From Stenotrophomonas sp. (GTDB taxonomy: Bacteria; Pseudomonadota; Gammaproteobacteria; Xanthomonadales; Xanthomonadaceae), in NCBI RefSeq assembly GCF_050737575.1, contig NZ_JBOHXW010000007.1, forward strand, positions 20,722-84,721: 64,000 nt of DNA, given 5' to 3'. Shown here piece after piece: positions 1 to 10,372 of the stretch; the stretch's first letter is position 1, and each line of letters opens with the position of its first letter. The notes beneath the pieces were generated by a model that did no database searches, had not been told where the DNA came from, and saw nothing but the letters and a program-made list of their open reading frames with translations. A program made the position numbers and the translations under genes.

Positions 1-1
1 C

Positions 2-2215
2 CCCGGCTATTACCTCTACCGCCACCGCACCAGCGTCAAGGCTGGCCCCGGCTTCAATGCGGGCGCCATCCAGTTCCCGCGCGGCGAGCAGAAAACCGAC
101 GAGTTCTTCGGCGATGTGGAGACGTACCACAGCCAACTGCGCGCCACCTTGCCCGGCAGTGCCGAGGCCGGCGTGGAAACGGTGAGCCTGGAAGTCCGCT
201 ATCAGGGCTGTGCCGATGCCGGCGTGTGTTACCCGCCGCAGAAGCGCACCATCGAAGTCCGCTTGCCCGGTGCCGGTACTGCCGCCGCATCGGCACCGTC
301 ACCGGCTCCGTCCGCCGCACCGATGTTCAACCCGCTGGCGGCGGCCAATGGCGGTGGTCTGAAGCTGCCGGGCGCCAATGCCGGCGCCGTGGCGGTGCAG
401 AACCTGCCGCTGCCGCCGGACAAGGCATTTGGCTTCGAGGCCATCGTTGACGACGGCAACCGCCTGTTGCTGCGTTTCTCGCCGGCGCCGGGCTATTACC
501 TGTACCGCGACCGCACCTCGCTGGCATTGGAAGGGGCCGCCGGCATCCGTACCGGTCGCCCGCAGTGGCCGGCAGGTCAGCCCTACCGCGATGAGCATTT
601 CGGCAACGTGGTGGTGTACTTCGACCAGGTTGAAGTGCCGGTGCCGTTGCGCCGTGACCGTGCCGAAGCCACGCCGGCCACCTTGGTCGCCACGTTCCAG
701 GGCTGCCAGACCGACGGCATCTGCTACCCGCCGATGACCCGCCGGGTGAAGCTGTCGCTGCCGGCCGGCAAGGTGTCGCCCAGCGAAGAAGCCATCGTCG
801 CGCCGCTGGTGATCCCGCCGCTGCCCAGCGGCAAGAAGGATGACGTGCGCGTGTTGCCGGCGATCAACCCGAGCAACCTGCCGGCACCGCAGCCGCTGGT
901 GGTTCGCCCCGATCCGGGCGCCCCCGATCTCACCCAGGCCGCGCCCGATGCGTCGGCCGAAAACAGCCAGCGCAGTCAGCCGCCCGCCACGCCCGTCGAG
1001 AAAAAGACCAACCGCTCGTTGTTCTGGGCGCTGCTGCTGGCGCTGGCCGGCGGTCTGATTCTGAATCTGATGCCGTGCGTGTTGCCGGTGTTGTCACTGA
1101 AGGTGCTGGGTCTGGCGCAAAGCGGTGAAAGCCGCCAGCACGCCCGTCGTCATGCGCTGTGGTACACGGCCGGTGTGCTGGTCGCGTTCTCGGTGATCGG
1201 CGGTCTGGTGTTGGCGTTGCGTGCCGCCGGGCAGGCCGCAGGCTGGGGCTTCCAGCTGCAGCATCCGTGGTTCATCGCGGCGCTTATCTATTTGATGTTC
1301 GTGGTCGGCCTGAGCCTGACCGGCGTACTGACACTGGGCAGCAATCTTGGCGGTGTCGGCCAGTCGCTGGCCCGTCGCAATGGCCCGATGGGCGACTTCT
1401 TCACCGGCGTGTTGGCTTGCGTGGTGGCCAGCCCGTGCATCGCACCGTTCATGGGCCCGGCCTTGGCCTACGCCTTTACCGCGCCGCCGGTGCTGGCCTT
1501 CCTGGTATTCCTGTTCCTTGGCGTGGGCTTGGCACTGCCGTTCCTGTTGATCGGCTTCGTGCCGGCACTGGCGCGCCGCCTGCCCAAACCGGGCGCGTGG
1601 ATGGAAACCTTCAAGCAGGTGATGGCGTTCCCGATGTACCTCACCGCTATCTGGCTGCTGTGGGTGCTGGGCAAGCAGCGCGGCATCGACGCGATGGCAT
1701 TGCTGCTGGCGGGCATGACGCTGCTGGCGCTGGGCCTGTGGTGGTTTGAACGCAGCCGCTGGCACAGCCGCAAGACCGGCATGGTGCTGGGCCTGGTGAT
1801 CGCGGTGCTGGCGCTTGTGCCGGTGTGGGGCGTGACCCAGCTGGAAGCGCCGTCTGCAAATCGCCATGAAGAAGGCACCGTTGCCTACTCACCGGAAATG
1901 CTCGACCGCCTGCGCGCCAGCAACCGCGTGGTGTTCGTCAACATGACCGCCGACTGGTGCGTGACCTGCAAGGCCAACGAGCGTGGCGTGCTCAGCCGCG
2001 ATGCCTTCCGCGACACGCTCAAGCGCGTGGATGCGGTGTACATGCGCGGCGACTGGACCAATGTTGATCCGCAGATCAGCGCATTCCTCGACCAGCACCA
2101 AGCGGTCGGCGTGCCGCTGTATGTGGTGTACGGCCCGGGCGCGCCGCCGCGCGTGCTGCCGACCGTGCTCACCCAGACCATCGTCGAAGACGCGCTGCTG
2201 CGCGCGGCGCGCTGA
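2..2215 (+). CDS. dsbD: Thiol:disulfide interchange protein DsbD (5'-truncated by the window edge) with two N-terminal DsbD-alpha domains
   Basis: Frame is open from base 2 (PGYYLYRH...). Two nDsbD Cys pairs (QGCADAGVCYPP, QGCQTDGICYPP), TM-domain cysteines (NLMPCVLP, ASPCIAP) and a C-terminal thioredoxin ADWCVTCK. Confidence 0.93.
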   Translation, partial: PGYYLYRHRTSVKAGPGFNAGAIQFPRGEQKTDEFFGDVETYHSQLRATLPGSAEAGVETVSLEVRYQGCADAGVCYPPQKRTIEVRLPGAGTAAASAPSPAPSAAPMFNPLAAANGGGLKLPGANAGAVAVQNLPLPPDKAFGFEAIVDDGNRLLLRFSPAPGYYLYRDRTSLALEGAAGIRTGRPQWPAGQPYRDEHFGNVVVYFDQVEVPVPLRRDRAEATPATLVATFQGCQTDGICYPPMTRRVKLSLPAGKVSPSEEAIVAPLVIPPLPSGKKDDVRVLPAINPSNLPAPQPLVVRPDPGAPDLTQAAPDASAENSQRSQPPATPVEKKTNRSLFWALLLALAGGLILNLMPCVLPVLSLKVLGLAQSGESRQHARRHALWYTAGVLVAFSVIGGLVLALRAAGQAAGWGFQLQHPWFIAALIYLMFVVGLSLTGVLTLGSNLGGVGQSLARRNGPMGDFFTGVLACVVASPCIAPFMGPALAYAFTAPPVLAFLVFLFLGVGLALPFLLIGFVPALARRLPKPGAWMETFKQVMAFPMYLTAIWLLWVLGKQRGIDAMALLLAGMTLLALGLWWFERSRWHSRKTGMVLGLVIAVLALVPVWGVTQLEAPSANRHEEGTVAYSPEMLDRLRASNRVVFVNMTADWCVTCKANERGVLSRDAFRDTLKRVDAVYMRGDWTNVDPQISAFLDQHQAVGVPLYVVYGPGAPPRVLPTVLTQTIVEDALLRAAR

Positions 2216-2216
2216 G

Positions 2217-2807
2217 ATGCGCAGCGCGTTGTGGTGGGTGGTGGGTATTGCCGCAGCGGCCGGGTTGTCGGCCGGTGCCTGGTTGAGCCGCCCCACCACA
2301 GCGCCGCTGCCGTCGATGAGCACACCCTCGGCACCATTGAAATCGGCGACGCCGGTGCAGGGTGTGCGTGTTGGTGAGCTGATGCCTTCGTTCACCCTGC
2401 CCGACCTGGATGGCATGCCGGTGAGGTTCCCGGATCAGTTCAAGGGCAAGCCGCTGTTGATCAATGTGTGGGCGAGCTGGTGTGCACCGTGCATCGAGGA
2501 GATGCCGGAGCTGGCGCGGTTCGCCGCGCGTCATGCTGACACCGGACCGCAGGTGGTTGGTTTGGCGCTGGATACACCCGAAGCGGTACTGAACTTCCTC
2601 GGCAACGTGCCGGTGTATTACCCGATCGTGATCGAGACGCCGGGGCCAAACGATGCCAGCGTCAAGCTTGGGAACGCGCAGGGGCTACTGCCTTACAGCG
2701 TGTTGATTGACGCGCAGGGGCGCGTGCTCAAGCAGAAGCTTGGGCCGTTCAAGGCGGGTGAGATTGATGCTTGGGTTGCGGGTGTTGAGCCTGCAGCTAC
2801 GCAGTGA
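2217..2807 (+). CDS. TlpA-family membrane-anchored disulfide reductase
   Basis: ATG at 2217, 1 nt after the dsbD stop; N-terminal TM anchor; LINVWASWCAPCIEEMP thioredoxin motif. Confidence 0.88.
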   Translation: MRSALWWVVGIAAAAGLSAGAWLSRPTTAPLPSMSTPSAPLKSATPVQGVRVGELMPSFTLPDLDGMPVRFPDQFKGKPLLINVWASWCAPCIEEMPELARFAARHADTGPQVVGLALDTPEAVLNFLGNVPVYYPIVIETPGPNDASVKLGNAQGLLPYSVLIDAQGRVLKQKLGPFKAGEIDAWVAGVEPAATQ

Positions 2808-2902
2808 CCCTGCAAGTATTGGATTGATGGTTGCAGTTTTGATTGATGGCACGGGTAAGTACTGCGCAGCCGGGGTGTGGTCGGCGCCAAGAGCCAAGAG
2901 CT

Positions 2903-2951
2903 CCCCTCATCCGCCCCTTTGGGGCACCTTCTCCCGCTTGCGGGAGAAGGG
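2903..2951. repeat. REP-like palindromic element, type A
   Basis: CCCCTCATCCGCCCCTTTGGGGCACCTTCTCCCGCTTGCGGGAGAAGGG; inverted copy at 3108-3156 and another copy at 54963-55011. Confidence 0.85.
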
Positions 2952-3000
2952 AATGCACTCCGCTCGTGGTCAACTGCAACTGACGCATTTCCAGCTCGGC

Positions 3001-3100
3001 CCTGCTTTGCTTTGCCCTGCTTTGCTTTGCTTTGCTTTGCCCTGCTTTGCCCTGCTTTGCCCTGCTCTGCTTTGCCCTGCTTTGCCCTGCTCTGCTTTGC
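3001..3100. repeat. Pentanucleotide tandem repeat (YYTGC)x20
   Basis: 20 consecutive TTTGC/CCTGC/TCTGC units, counted directly. Confidence 0.95.
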
Positions 3101-3107
3101 TTTTCAT

Positions 3108-3276
3108 CCCTTCTCCCGCCTGCGGGAGAAGGTGCCCCGAAGGGGCGGATGAGGGGAAGCTTTGCTTTGAGCTTTTGCCTTTGAGCTTTTGCCTCTGGTT
3201 TCTGCTTGCTTCTGGCTTCTACAAGGTGCTTCGCACCTCACCCTCTCCCAACCCCTCTCCCGGAGGGAGAGGGGCT
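3108..3276. repeat. Composite REP: type A (3108-3156), CTTTG-rich spacer, type B (3236-3276)
   Basis: CCCTTCTCCCGCCTGCGGGAGAAGGTGCCCCGAAGGGGCGGATGAGGGG ... CCTCACCCTCTCCCAACCCCTCTCCCGGAGGGAGAGGGGCT; the same arrangement recurs at 54963-55100. Confidence 0.8.
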
Positions 3277-3286
3277 CAAGCTCAGA

Positions 3287-4849
3287 TCACCAGAACACCG
3301 CATACAGCGCGATCAGGATGGCGATAACCGCCACCGCGCCGACGTTGAACACACCACCCGTGCGGTAATCCACATCGCGGGTAGTGATGATGTCCTTCTC
3401 CGGTGCCGCCGGTGTCAACAGTGAAACACCCACGGCCAAAGCCAGCGCCAGCAGGAACACCAATCCAACACGGTCGATGAAGGGCAACGCCGGCCAAGCC
3501 AGCTTCAACACGATCGACAACACGAACGAACCAATCGCCGCCGACAAGGCACCAGCCTCGTTGGCACGTTTCCAGAACAGGCCCAGCATGAAGATCACCA
3601 CGATGCCCGGGGTGAAAAAGCCGGTGTATTCCTGGATGTACTGGAACGCTTGGTCGAAGCTGCCCAGCAAGGGCTTGGCGGTGAGAATACCCAGCACCAC
3701 CGCCACTACCGCAGCGATGCGACCAACACGCACCAGCTTGGTCTGATCCGCTTCGGGGTTGCGCTTGGCGTAGAAATCCAAGGTGAAAATCGTCGCCACC
3801 GAATTGATCTTCGATGCCAGCGAGGCAACGATGGCCGCCACCAGCGCGGCAAACACCAGGCCAAGCGCACCGGTCGGCAGCATCCGCATCATCGTCGGAT
3901 ATGCCTGATCGGGTTTGTCCAGGTTCGGTGCCAGCATCACCGCGGCGATACCCGGCAATACCACGATCACCGGCATCAACAGTTTCAGGAACGCAGCAAA
4001 CAACACGCCCTTCTGTGCTTCACCGATGCTCTTGGCCGCCAGCGCACGCTGGATGATGTACTGGTTGAAGCCCCAGTAGCTGATGTTCATGATCCACAGG
4101 CCGCCGAGCAGCACGCTCAGGCCGGGCAGGTCCTTGTAGAAGGGATTGTCCTTGCTGAGGATCATTTCGAAATGACCCGGCTGCGCCTGCCAAAGTTTGT
4201 TGAAGCCGGCGATGATTCCGGCGCCATCGCCGAGCTGGTTCAAGGTCAGCCCGGCAACGAACAGGCCGCCCAGCACCAGCAGGGTGACCTGTACGATGTC
4301 GGTCAGTGCCACTGCCTTGAGCCCGCCGTACAGCTGGTACAGCAGCGCGAACACGCCGATCAGCACCACCGCGGTCATCTGGTCGATGCCGGTGACCTGG
4401 TTGACCGCTACTGCACCCAGCCACAGGATCGAGGTGACGTTGACGAACACGTACAGGCCCAGCCAGAACACCGCCATCACCGTGCGGATGCGCGCGCCGT
4501 AACGCTGCTCCAGGAACTGCGGCATGGTGTAGATGCCGTTGCGTAGGAACACCGGCAGGAACCACTTGCCGACGATCAACAAGGTCAGTGCGGCCATCCA
4601 CTCATACGAGGCCACCGCCAGACCGATCGCATAACCCGAACCGGACATGCCGATGATCTGCTCGGCGGAAATATTCGCCGCGATCAACGAGGCACCAATC
4701 GCCCACCACGGCAATGACTTGCTGGCCAGGAAGTAGTCCTTGGCGTCCTTGCTGTGCCCGGCTTTCTCCCGCGACACCCATTGCGCAAGGACGAAGATAC
4801 CGGCCAGGTAGACCAGTACGATCGCGATATCCAACGTACCCAAACCCAT
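3287..4849 (-). CDS. Sodium:sugar symporter (SSS/SGLT family)
   Basis: 520 aa, many TM segments; YFLASKSLPWWAIGASLIAANISAEQIIGMSGSGY and WGFNQYIIQRALAAK match vSGLT-type symporters. Confidence 0.92.
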   Translation of the reverse strand: MGLGTLDIAIVLVYLAGIFVLAQWVSREKAGHSKDAKDYFLASKSLPWWAIGASLIAANISAEQIIGMSGSGYAIGLAVASYEWMAALTLLIVGKWFLPVFLRNGIYTMPQFLEQRYGARIRTVMAVFWLGLYVFVNVTSILWLGAVAVNQVTGIDQMTAVVLIGVFALLYQLYGGLKAVALTDIVQVTLLVLGGLFVAGLTLNQLGDGAGIIAGFNKLWQAQPGHFEMILSKDNPFYKDLPGLSVLLGGLWIMNISYWGFNQYIIQRALAAKSIGEAQKGVLFAAFLKLLMPVIVVLPGIAAVMLAPNLDKPDQAYPTMMRMLPTGALGLVFAALVAAIVASLASKINSVATIFTLDFYAKRNPEADQTKLVRVGRIAAVVAVVLGILTAKPLLGSFDQAFQYIQEYTGFFTPGIVVIFMLGLFWKRANEAGALSAAIGSFVLSIVLKLAWPALPFIDRVGLVFLLALALAVGVSLLTPAAPEKDIITTRDVDYRTGGVFNVGAVAVIAILIALYAVFW

Positions 4850-4933
4850 CTCATCACTCCCTGTTGTGCACCGACCGGGCTGTCATCCCTGCGCCCTTTC
4901 GCTACCGACCCATCACAGGCCAAATCATCAGGT

Positions 4934-4959
4934 GCGCCGGTACCCTCCCGTACCGGCGC
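4934..4959. terminator. Stable hairpin between the GH3 and SSS genes
   Basis: GCGCCGGTAC-CCTCCC-GTACCGGCGC, perfect 10-bp stem; a T-rich tail is present only on the + strand. Confidence 0.45.
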
Positions 4960-4969
4960 TTTCGCTGTT

Positions 4970-7552
4970 TCAGCGTGTTGCGCAGTCTACGTTTACCTCA
5001 GCCTCACCAGCAGCGCCAAGAGCGATCCGTGATACCGAGATATCCGCAACGGCAGCGGTTTCCAGTTCGGTCGTACGTTGGATCCTGGATAGATCCGCAC
5101 CCGCGGCGGCGAAGCATTTGAGGGGCACGCCAACGCTGACCCACTTGCCGGCCGGAATGGCCGACAAGGTGGCTTGCAGGTCGACCTTGGCCGCACAACC
5201 CGCACCGCAACCCACGCCCACCGTCAACGGTGCCGATACCGCGCTGTCGCGACGTAACGTCAACTGCAACTGCACGTCGCCATTGCTCTCGCGGGTGACA
5301 TCGATCGGTGTGGCTGCAATCAGCGCGAACTTTGCCAGCGCCGTGCCCGACCACTGCAGGCGGCGTGCATCTTCCTGCGCCTTGTGATCAACCGCGGTCA
5401 TCTTCAAGGTGCCGTCGGCCAGCACGGTCGGCACGGTGGTGGCCGGCATGTCCGGCTGCGATGCACTGGACAGCTGCAGCGACAGGCCCAGCGACGGGCG
5501 GCCCTTCACGAAGTACACGCCGCTGCCGGCCTGCTCACCGGTCACGCCGGAGTCTTCCGGCAGCGCTGCCACATCTCCCTTGTCGGCGTAGCTCAGGCCG
5601 TGGCCGAACTTGTACAGCGGGTTGTGACCCGGCTTGTTGACCGCCGAGTCGATCGCGGTGCGCGGCCAGGAGAAGCTGAGCTTGCCCTTGAAGTCGTGGT
5701 TGACGCTGCCATCGGCCTTGCGCAGCAGCACATCGGCGATACCCGCGCCTTCCGAACCCGGCAACCAGGCCGCGACGAAGGCGTCGGAGGCATTGATCTC
5801 GCGGTTCATCCACAGCGGACGACCGCTGATGAACACCGCCACCACCGGAATGCCTTCGCTCTTCAGGCGTTTGAGCAGTTCCAGGTCGGCATCGTTGCCC
5901 GGCTTGTACAGCAGGTTGGGGATGTCACCCTGGAATTCGGCATAAGGCTCTTCGCCGAACACCACCACCGCGACATCCGGCTTGGCCTTGTACTTGCCAT
6001 CGACCGCCAGCTCGGCGCTGCCACCAGCAGCACTGACTTCACGCTGCAGGCCTTCCCAGATGGTGTCGGCGTTGGGGAAGTCGGCACGAGTGGTGCCGGT
6101 GCCCTGCCAGTTCAAGGTCCAGCCACCGGCCTGCTTGCCGATGTTGTTGGCACCGTCACCGGCCACCAGCACCTTCTGATCGGCGCGCAGCGGCAGGATG
6201 CCGTTGTTGTTCTTCAGCAGCACCAGCGATTCGCGCACGGCCTGACGGGCGACCTCACGGTGCTCGGGGGCGCCCAGCAATTCAAACTTGCCGCCCAACG
6301 CACGCGCCGAAGGCTTGGGTGCATCGAACAGGTTCATGCGGAACTTCACCCGCAGCACGCGACGCACGGCATCATCCAGGCGCTCGGTCGAGAGCTTGCC
6401 CGACTTAACCGCGGCAACGGTGGACTCGTACATGCCCTTCCAGCTGTCGGTGGCCATCGCCATGTCCAGGCCAGCGTCATAGGTGGCCGGGCAATCCGTG
6501 GTGCTGCAACCGGGAATCTGGCCGTGGCCATTCCAGTCGCCGACCACGAAACCGCCGTAGTTCATGCGGCCCTTCAGCACGTCGGTCAGCAGCGGCTTGT
6601 GGCCGTGCATCTTGACCCCGTGGAAGCTGTTGAACGAAGCCATCACCGATTGTGCGCCGGCCTTGATGGCGGTGACGTAACCGGCGCTGTGGACATCGCG
6701 CAGCTCGGCCTCGCTGACCGCGGTATCGCCCTGGTCCTTGCCATCGGTGGTGCCGCCGTCGCCGACGAAGTGCTTGACCGACACCATCACATGCTTGTCG
6801 TCGAGGAAGTCCGGCGCGCCGACCTTGCCCTGCAGGCCTTCGACCATCGCTGCGGCGAACTCGGCCACCAGCTGCGGGTTCTCCGAATAGCCTTCGTAGG
6901 CGCGGCCCCAGCGCACGTCCTGCGGTACCGCCACGGTCGGCGCGAACGCCCACTCCATGCCGGTGGCGCGGGTTTCGGCGGCGGTGATCTGACCGATCCG
7001 GCGCTGCAGTTCAACGTTGCGCGTCGCACCCAGGCCAACGTTGTGCGGGAACAGCGTCGCGCCCACCACATTGCTCTGGCCGTGCATCGCATCGATACCG
7101 AACAGCAGCGGAATCGCCTTGCCGCCGGTCGAGGTATCCATCGACGCGGCCCAGAAATCATCGGCCACCTGCAGCCAATCCTTTGCCGGTGCGTTGTACT
7201 TGCCTCCCGGGTCGGAGCTGCCACCGGCCAGGATCGAGCCCAGCCGGTACTTGCGCACGTCATCCGGGGTGATGCTGGCCAGGTCGCCCTGCACCAGCTG
7301 GCCAACCTTCTCCTCCAGCGTCATCGTCGCCAGCAGATCATTGACGCGCTTTTCCAGCGCCGGATCTTCCGCCAGCGGCCATTCCACCGCCGGCCACTGT
7401 TCCGGATGGATCGTGCCGTCATACGCGGCATCGGCCGTAGCCGCCTGCGGTGCAGCCTTGTCGCCGCTGTTGCAGCCGGCCAGCACCGCGATACCCACTG
7501 CCAGCGCGCCAACCAGGGCAGCGCGGCGTGTCGAAAACGTCATCATCCTCAA
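4970..7552 (-). CDS. GH3 beta-glucosidase / exo-beta-glucanase, lipoprotein (ExoP/CelD-like)
   Basis: Lipobox VLAGC; GIDAMHG, KHFVGDG, FVVGDWNGH (nucleophile Asp) and GEEPYAE motifs; C-terminal accessory domain. Start may be 7546 or 7543. Confidence 0.92.
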   Translation of the reverse strand: MRMMTFSTRRAALVGALAVGIAVLAGCNSGDKAAPQAATADAAYDGTIHPEQWPAVEWPLAEDPALEKRVNDLLATMTLEEKVGQLVQGDLASITPDDVRKYRLGSILAGGSSDPGGKYNAPAKDWLQVADDFWAASMDTSTGGKAIPLLFGIDAMHGQSNVVGATLFPHNVGLGATRNVELQRRIGQITAAETRATGMEWAFAPTVAVPQDVRWGRAYEGYSENPQLVAEFAAAMVEGLQGKVGAPDFLDDKHVMVSVKHFVGDGGTTDGKDQGDTAVSEAELRDVHSAGYVTAIKAGAQSVMASFNSFHGVKMHGHKPLLTDVLKGRMNYGGFVVGDWNGHGQIPGCSTTDCPATYDAGLDMAMATDSWKGMYESTVAAVKSGKLSTERLDDAVRRVLRVKFRMNLFDAPKPSARALGGKFELLGAPEHREVARQAVRESLVLLKNNNGILPLRADQKVLVAGDGANNIGKQAGGWTLNWQGTGTTRADFPNADTIWEGLQREVSAAGGSAELAVDGKYKAKPDVAVVVFGEEPYAEFQGDIPNLLYKPGNDADLELLKRLKSEGIPVVAVFISGRPLWMNREINASDAFVAAWLPGSEGAGIADVLLRKADGSVNHDFKGKLSFSWPRTAIDSAVNKPGHNPLYKFGHGLSYADKGDVAALPEDSGVTGEQAGSGVYFVKGRPSLGLSLQLSSASQPDMPATTVPTVLADGTLKMTAVDHKAQEDARRLQWSGTALAKFALIAATPIDVTRESNGDVQLQLTLRRDSAVSAPLTVGVGCGAGCAAKVDLQATLSAIPAGKWVSVGVPLKCFAAAGADLSRIQRTTELETAAVADISVSRIALGAAGEAEVNVDCATR

Positions 7553-8958
7553 CCCTCCATCTGCTCGAGCGAACGACCCTTGGTCTCACGCACGAACTTG
7601 ATAACAAAGAACACCGAGATCACCGCCGACACCAGATAGATGCTGTACGTCGATGCCAGACCAATGCCGGCCAGCAGCATCGGGAAGGTCACCGTGACGA
7701 TGAAGTTCGCCGTCCACTGCGCCGCACCGGCAACCGCCAGCGCCGAGCCACGGATCTGGTTGGGGAACATCTCGCCCAGCATCACCCACATCACCGGACC
7801 CCAGGACACATTGAAGAACACCACGTAGGCATTGGCTGCGACCAGCGCCAGCGTGCCCATGCCGCCGGACAGCTGCAGGTGACCGTCCACCATCGAACCA
7901 CTGGCGAAGGCGTAGACCACCAGTCCCAGCGATACCGCCATGCCGCTGGAGCCGATCCACAGCAGCGGCTTGCGGCCGATCTTGTCGATCAACAGCACGG
8001 TGACGATGCAGGCACCGATGCTGAGCGCGCCGGACAACACATTGATCAGCAGCGCATCGCTCTCGGAGAAGCCCACCGCCTGCCACAGCACCGCGCCGTA
8101 ATAGAAAACCACGTTGATGCCGACCAGCTGCTGGAACACCGCAAGGCCAATGCCCACCCAGACGATCGGGCGGATCTTGCGGGTGGCCTTGTCGACCAGA
8201 TCCGACAGCTGCGGGCGGTGGTGGTCCTGCGACAACGACGCGTCGATCTCGCCCAGCGTGGCCTGCGCCTGCTCGGCACCGAACAGGCGGGTCAGCACGG
8301 CCAGTGCTTCGTCCTTGCGACGCTTGACCACCAGGAAGCGCGGGCTCTCCGGGATGAACAGCAACAGCAGCAGGAACAGCAGCGACGGGATCGCCTGCAT
8401 CCAGAACATCCAGCGCCATGCGGCCTGACCAGCCCACAGCGGCTCGGTCGAGGCGCCAGCGGCCTTGGCCAGCAGGTAGTTGCTGAGGAAGGCGATGAAC
8501 AGGCCGGAGATGATCGCGATCTGCTGCACCGTGGCCAGACGACCGCGGTAACGCGGCGGTGCAACCTCTGCGATATAGGCCGGCGACATCACGCTGGCCG
8601 CACCCACCGCGAAACCACCGACCACGCGCGCGGCGATGAACACCAGCGAGCTGTGCGCACCACCGGCACCCAAGGCCGACAGCAGGAACAGCACCGCCGA
8701 GATGATCAACACCGAGCGCCGCCCCAGCCGATCGGCCAGGCGGCCGGCAAAGAACGCGCCGATCGCACAGCCCAGCAGCATCGAGGCTACTTCAAAACCC
8801 AGCTGCGCCTCGGTGGAACCAAAGGCCTGTTTCAGGCCATCGACGGTGCCGTTGATCACGCCACTGTCGAAGCCGAACAGGAACCCGCCTATCGTCGCCA
8901 CCACGCTGATCAATACGATCAGCGCGGTGTTTTCCTTGTTTGCTGCTGACTGCCCCAT
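7549..8958 (-). CDS. xylE: MFS sugar porter, D-xylose:H+ symporter-like
   Basis: GGFLFGFDSGVI, DRLGRR, PESPRFL, QQLVGINVVFYY, WGPVMWVMLGEMFPNQIRG motifs; lies directly downstream of xylA. Confidence 0.88.
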   Translation of the reverse strand: MGQSAANKENTALIVLISVVATIGGFLFGFDSGVINGTVDGLKQAFGSTEAQLGFEVASMLLGCAIGAFFAGRLADRLGRRSVLIISAVLFLLSALGAGGAHSSLVFIAARVVGGFAVGAASVMSPAYIAEVAPPRYRGRLATVQQIAIISGLFIAFLSNYLLAKAAGASTEPLWAGQAAWRWMFWMQAIPSLLFLLLLLFIPESPRFLVVKRRKDEALAVLTRLFGAEQAQATLGEIDASLSQDHHRPQLSDLVDKATRKIRPIVWVGIGLAVFQQLVGINVVFYYGAVLWQAVGFSESDALLINVLSGALSIGACIVTVLLIDKIGRKPLLWIGSSGMAVSLGLVVYAFASGSMVDGHLQLSGGMGTLALVAANAYVVFFNVSWGPVMWVMLGEMFPNQIRGSALAVAGAAQWTANFIVTVTFPMLLAGIGLASTYSIYLVSAVISVFFVIKFVRETKGRSLEQMEG

Positions 8959-8999
8959 CCCCTTACCCTCTCTGTCTGGTTATGTCGTCGGCCTGGTGC

Positions 9000-10334
<1,335 letters not shown>

Positions 10335-10372
10335 GGTGCGAATTCCTGTGTCGACAAACTACGGGGAAAGAA

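Noticed and set aside
3001-3100. Possible CRISPR array
   Set aside because: 5-bp units with no unique spacers and no cas genes; the REP copies elsewhere are dispersed rather than regularly spaced.
2707-3327. 206-aa ORF with CPALL/CFALP repeats
   Set aside because: It is the translation of the REP elements and pentamer microsatellite, overlaps both neighbouring genes, and shows no other sign of coding.
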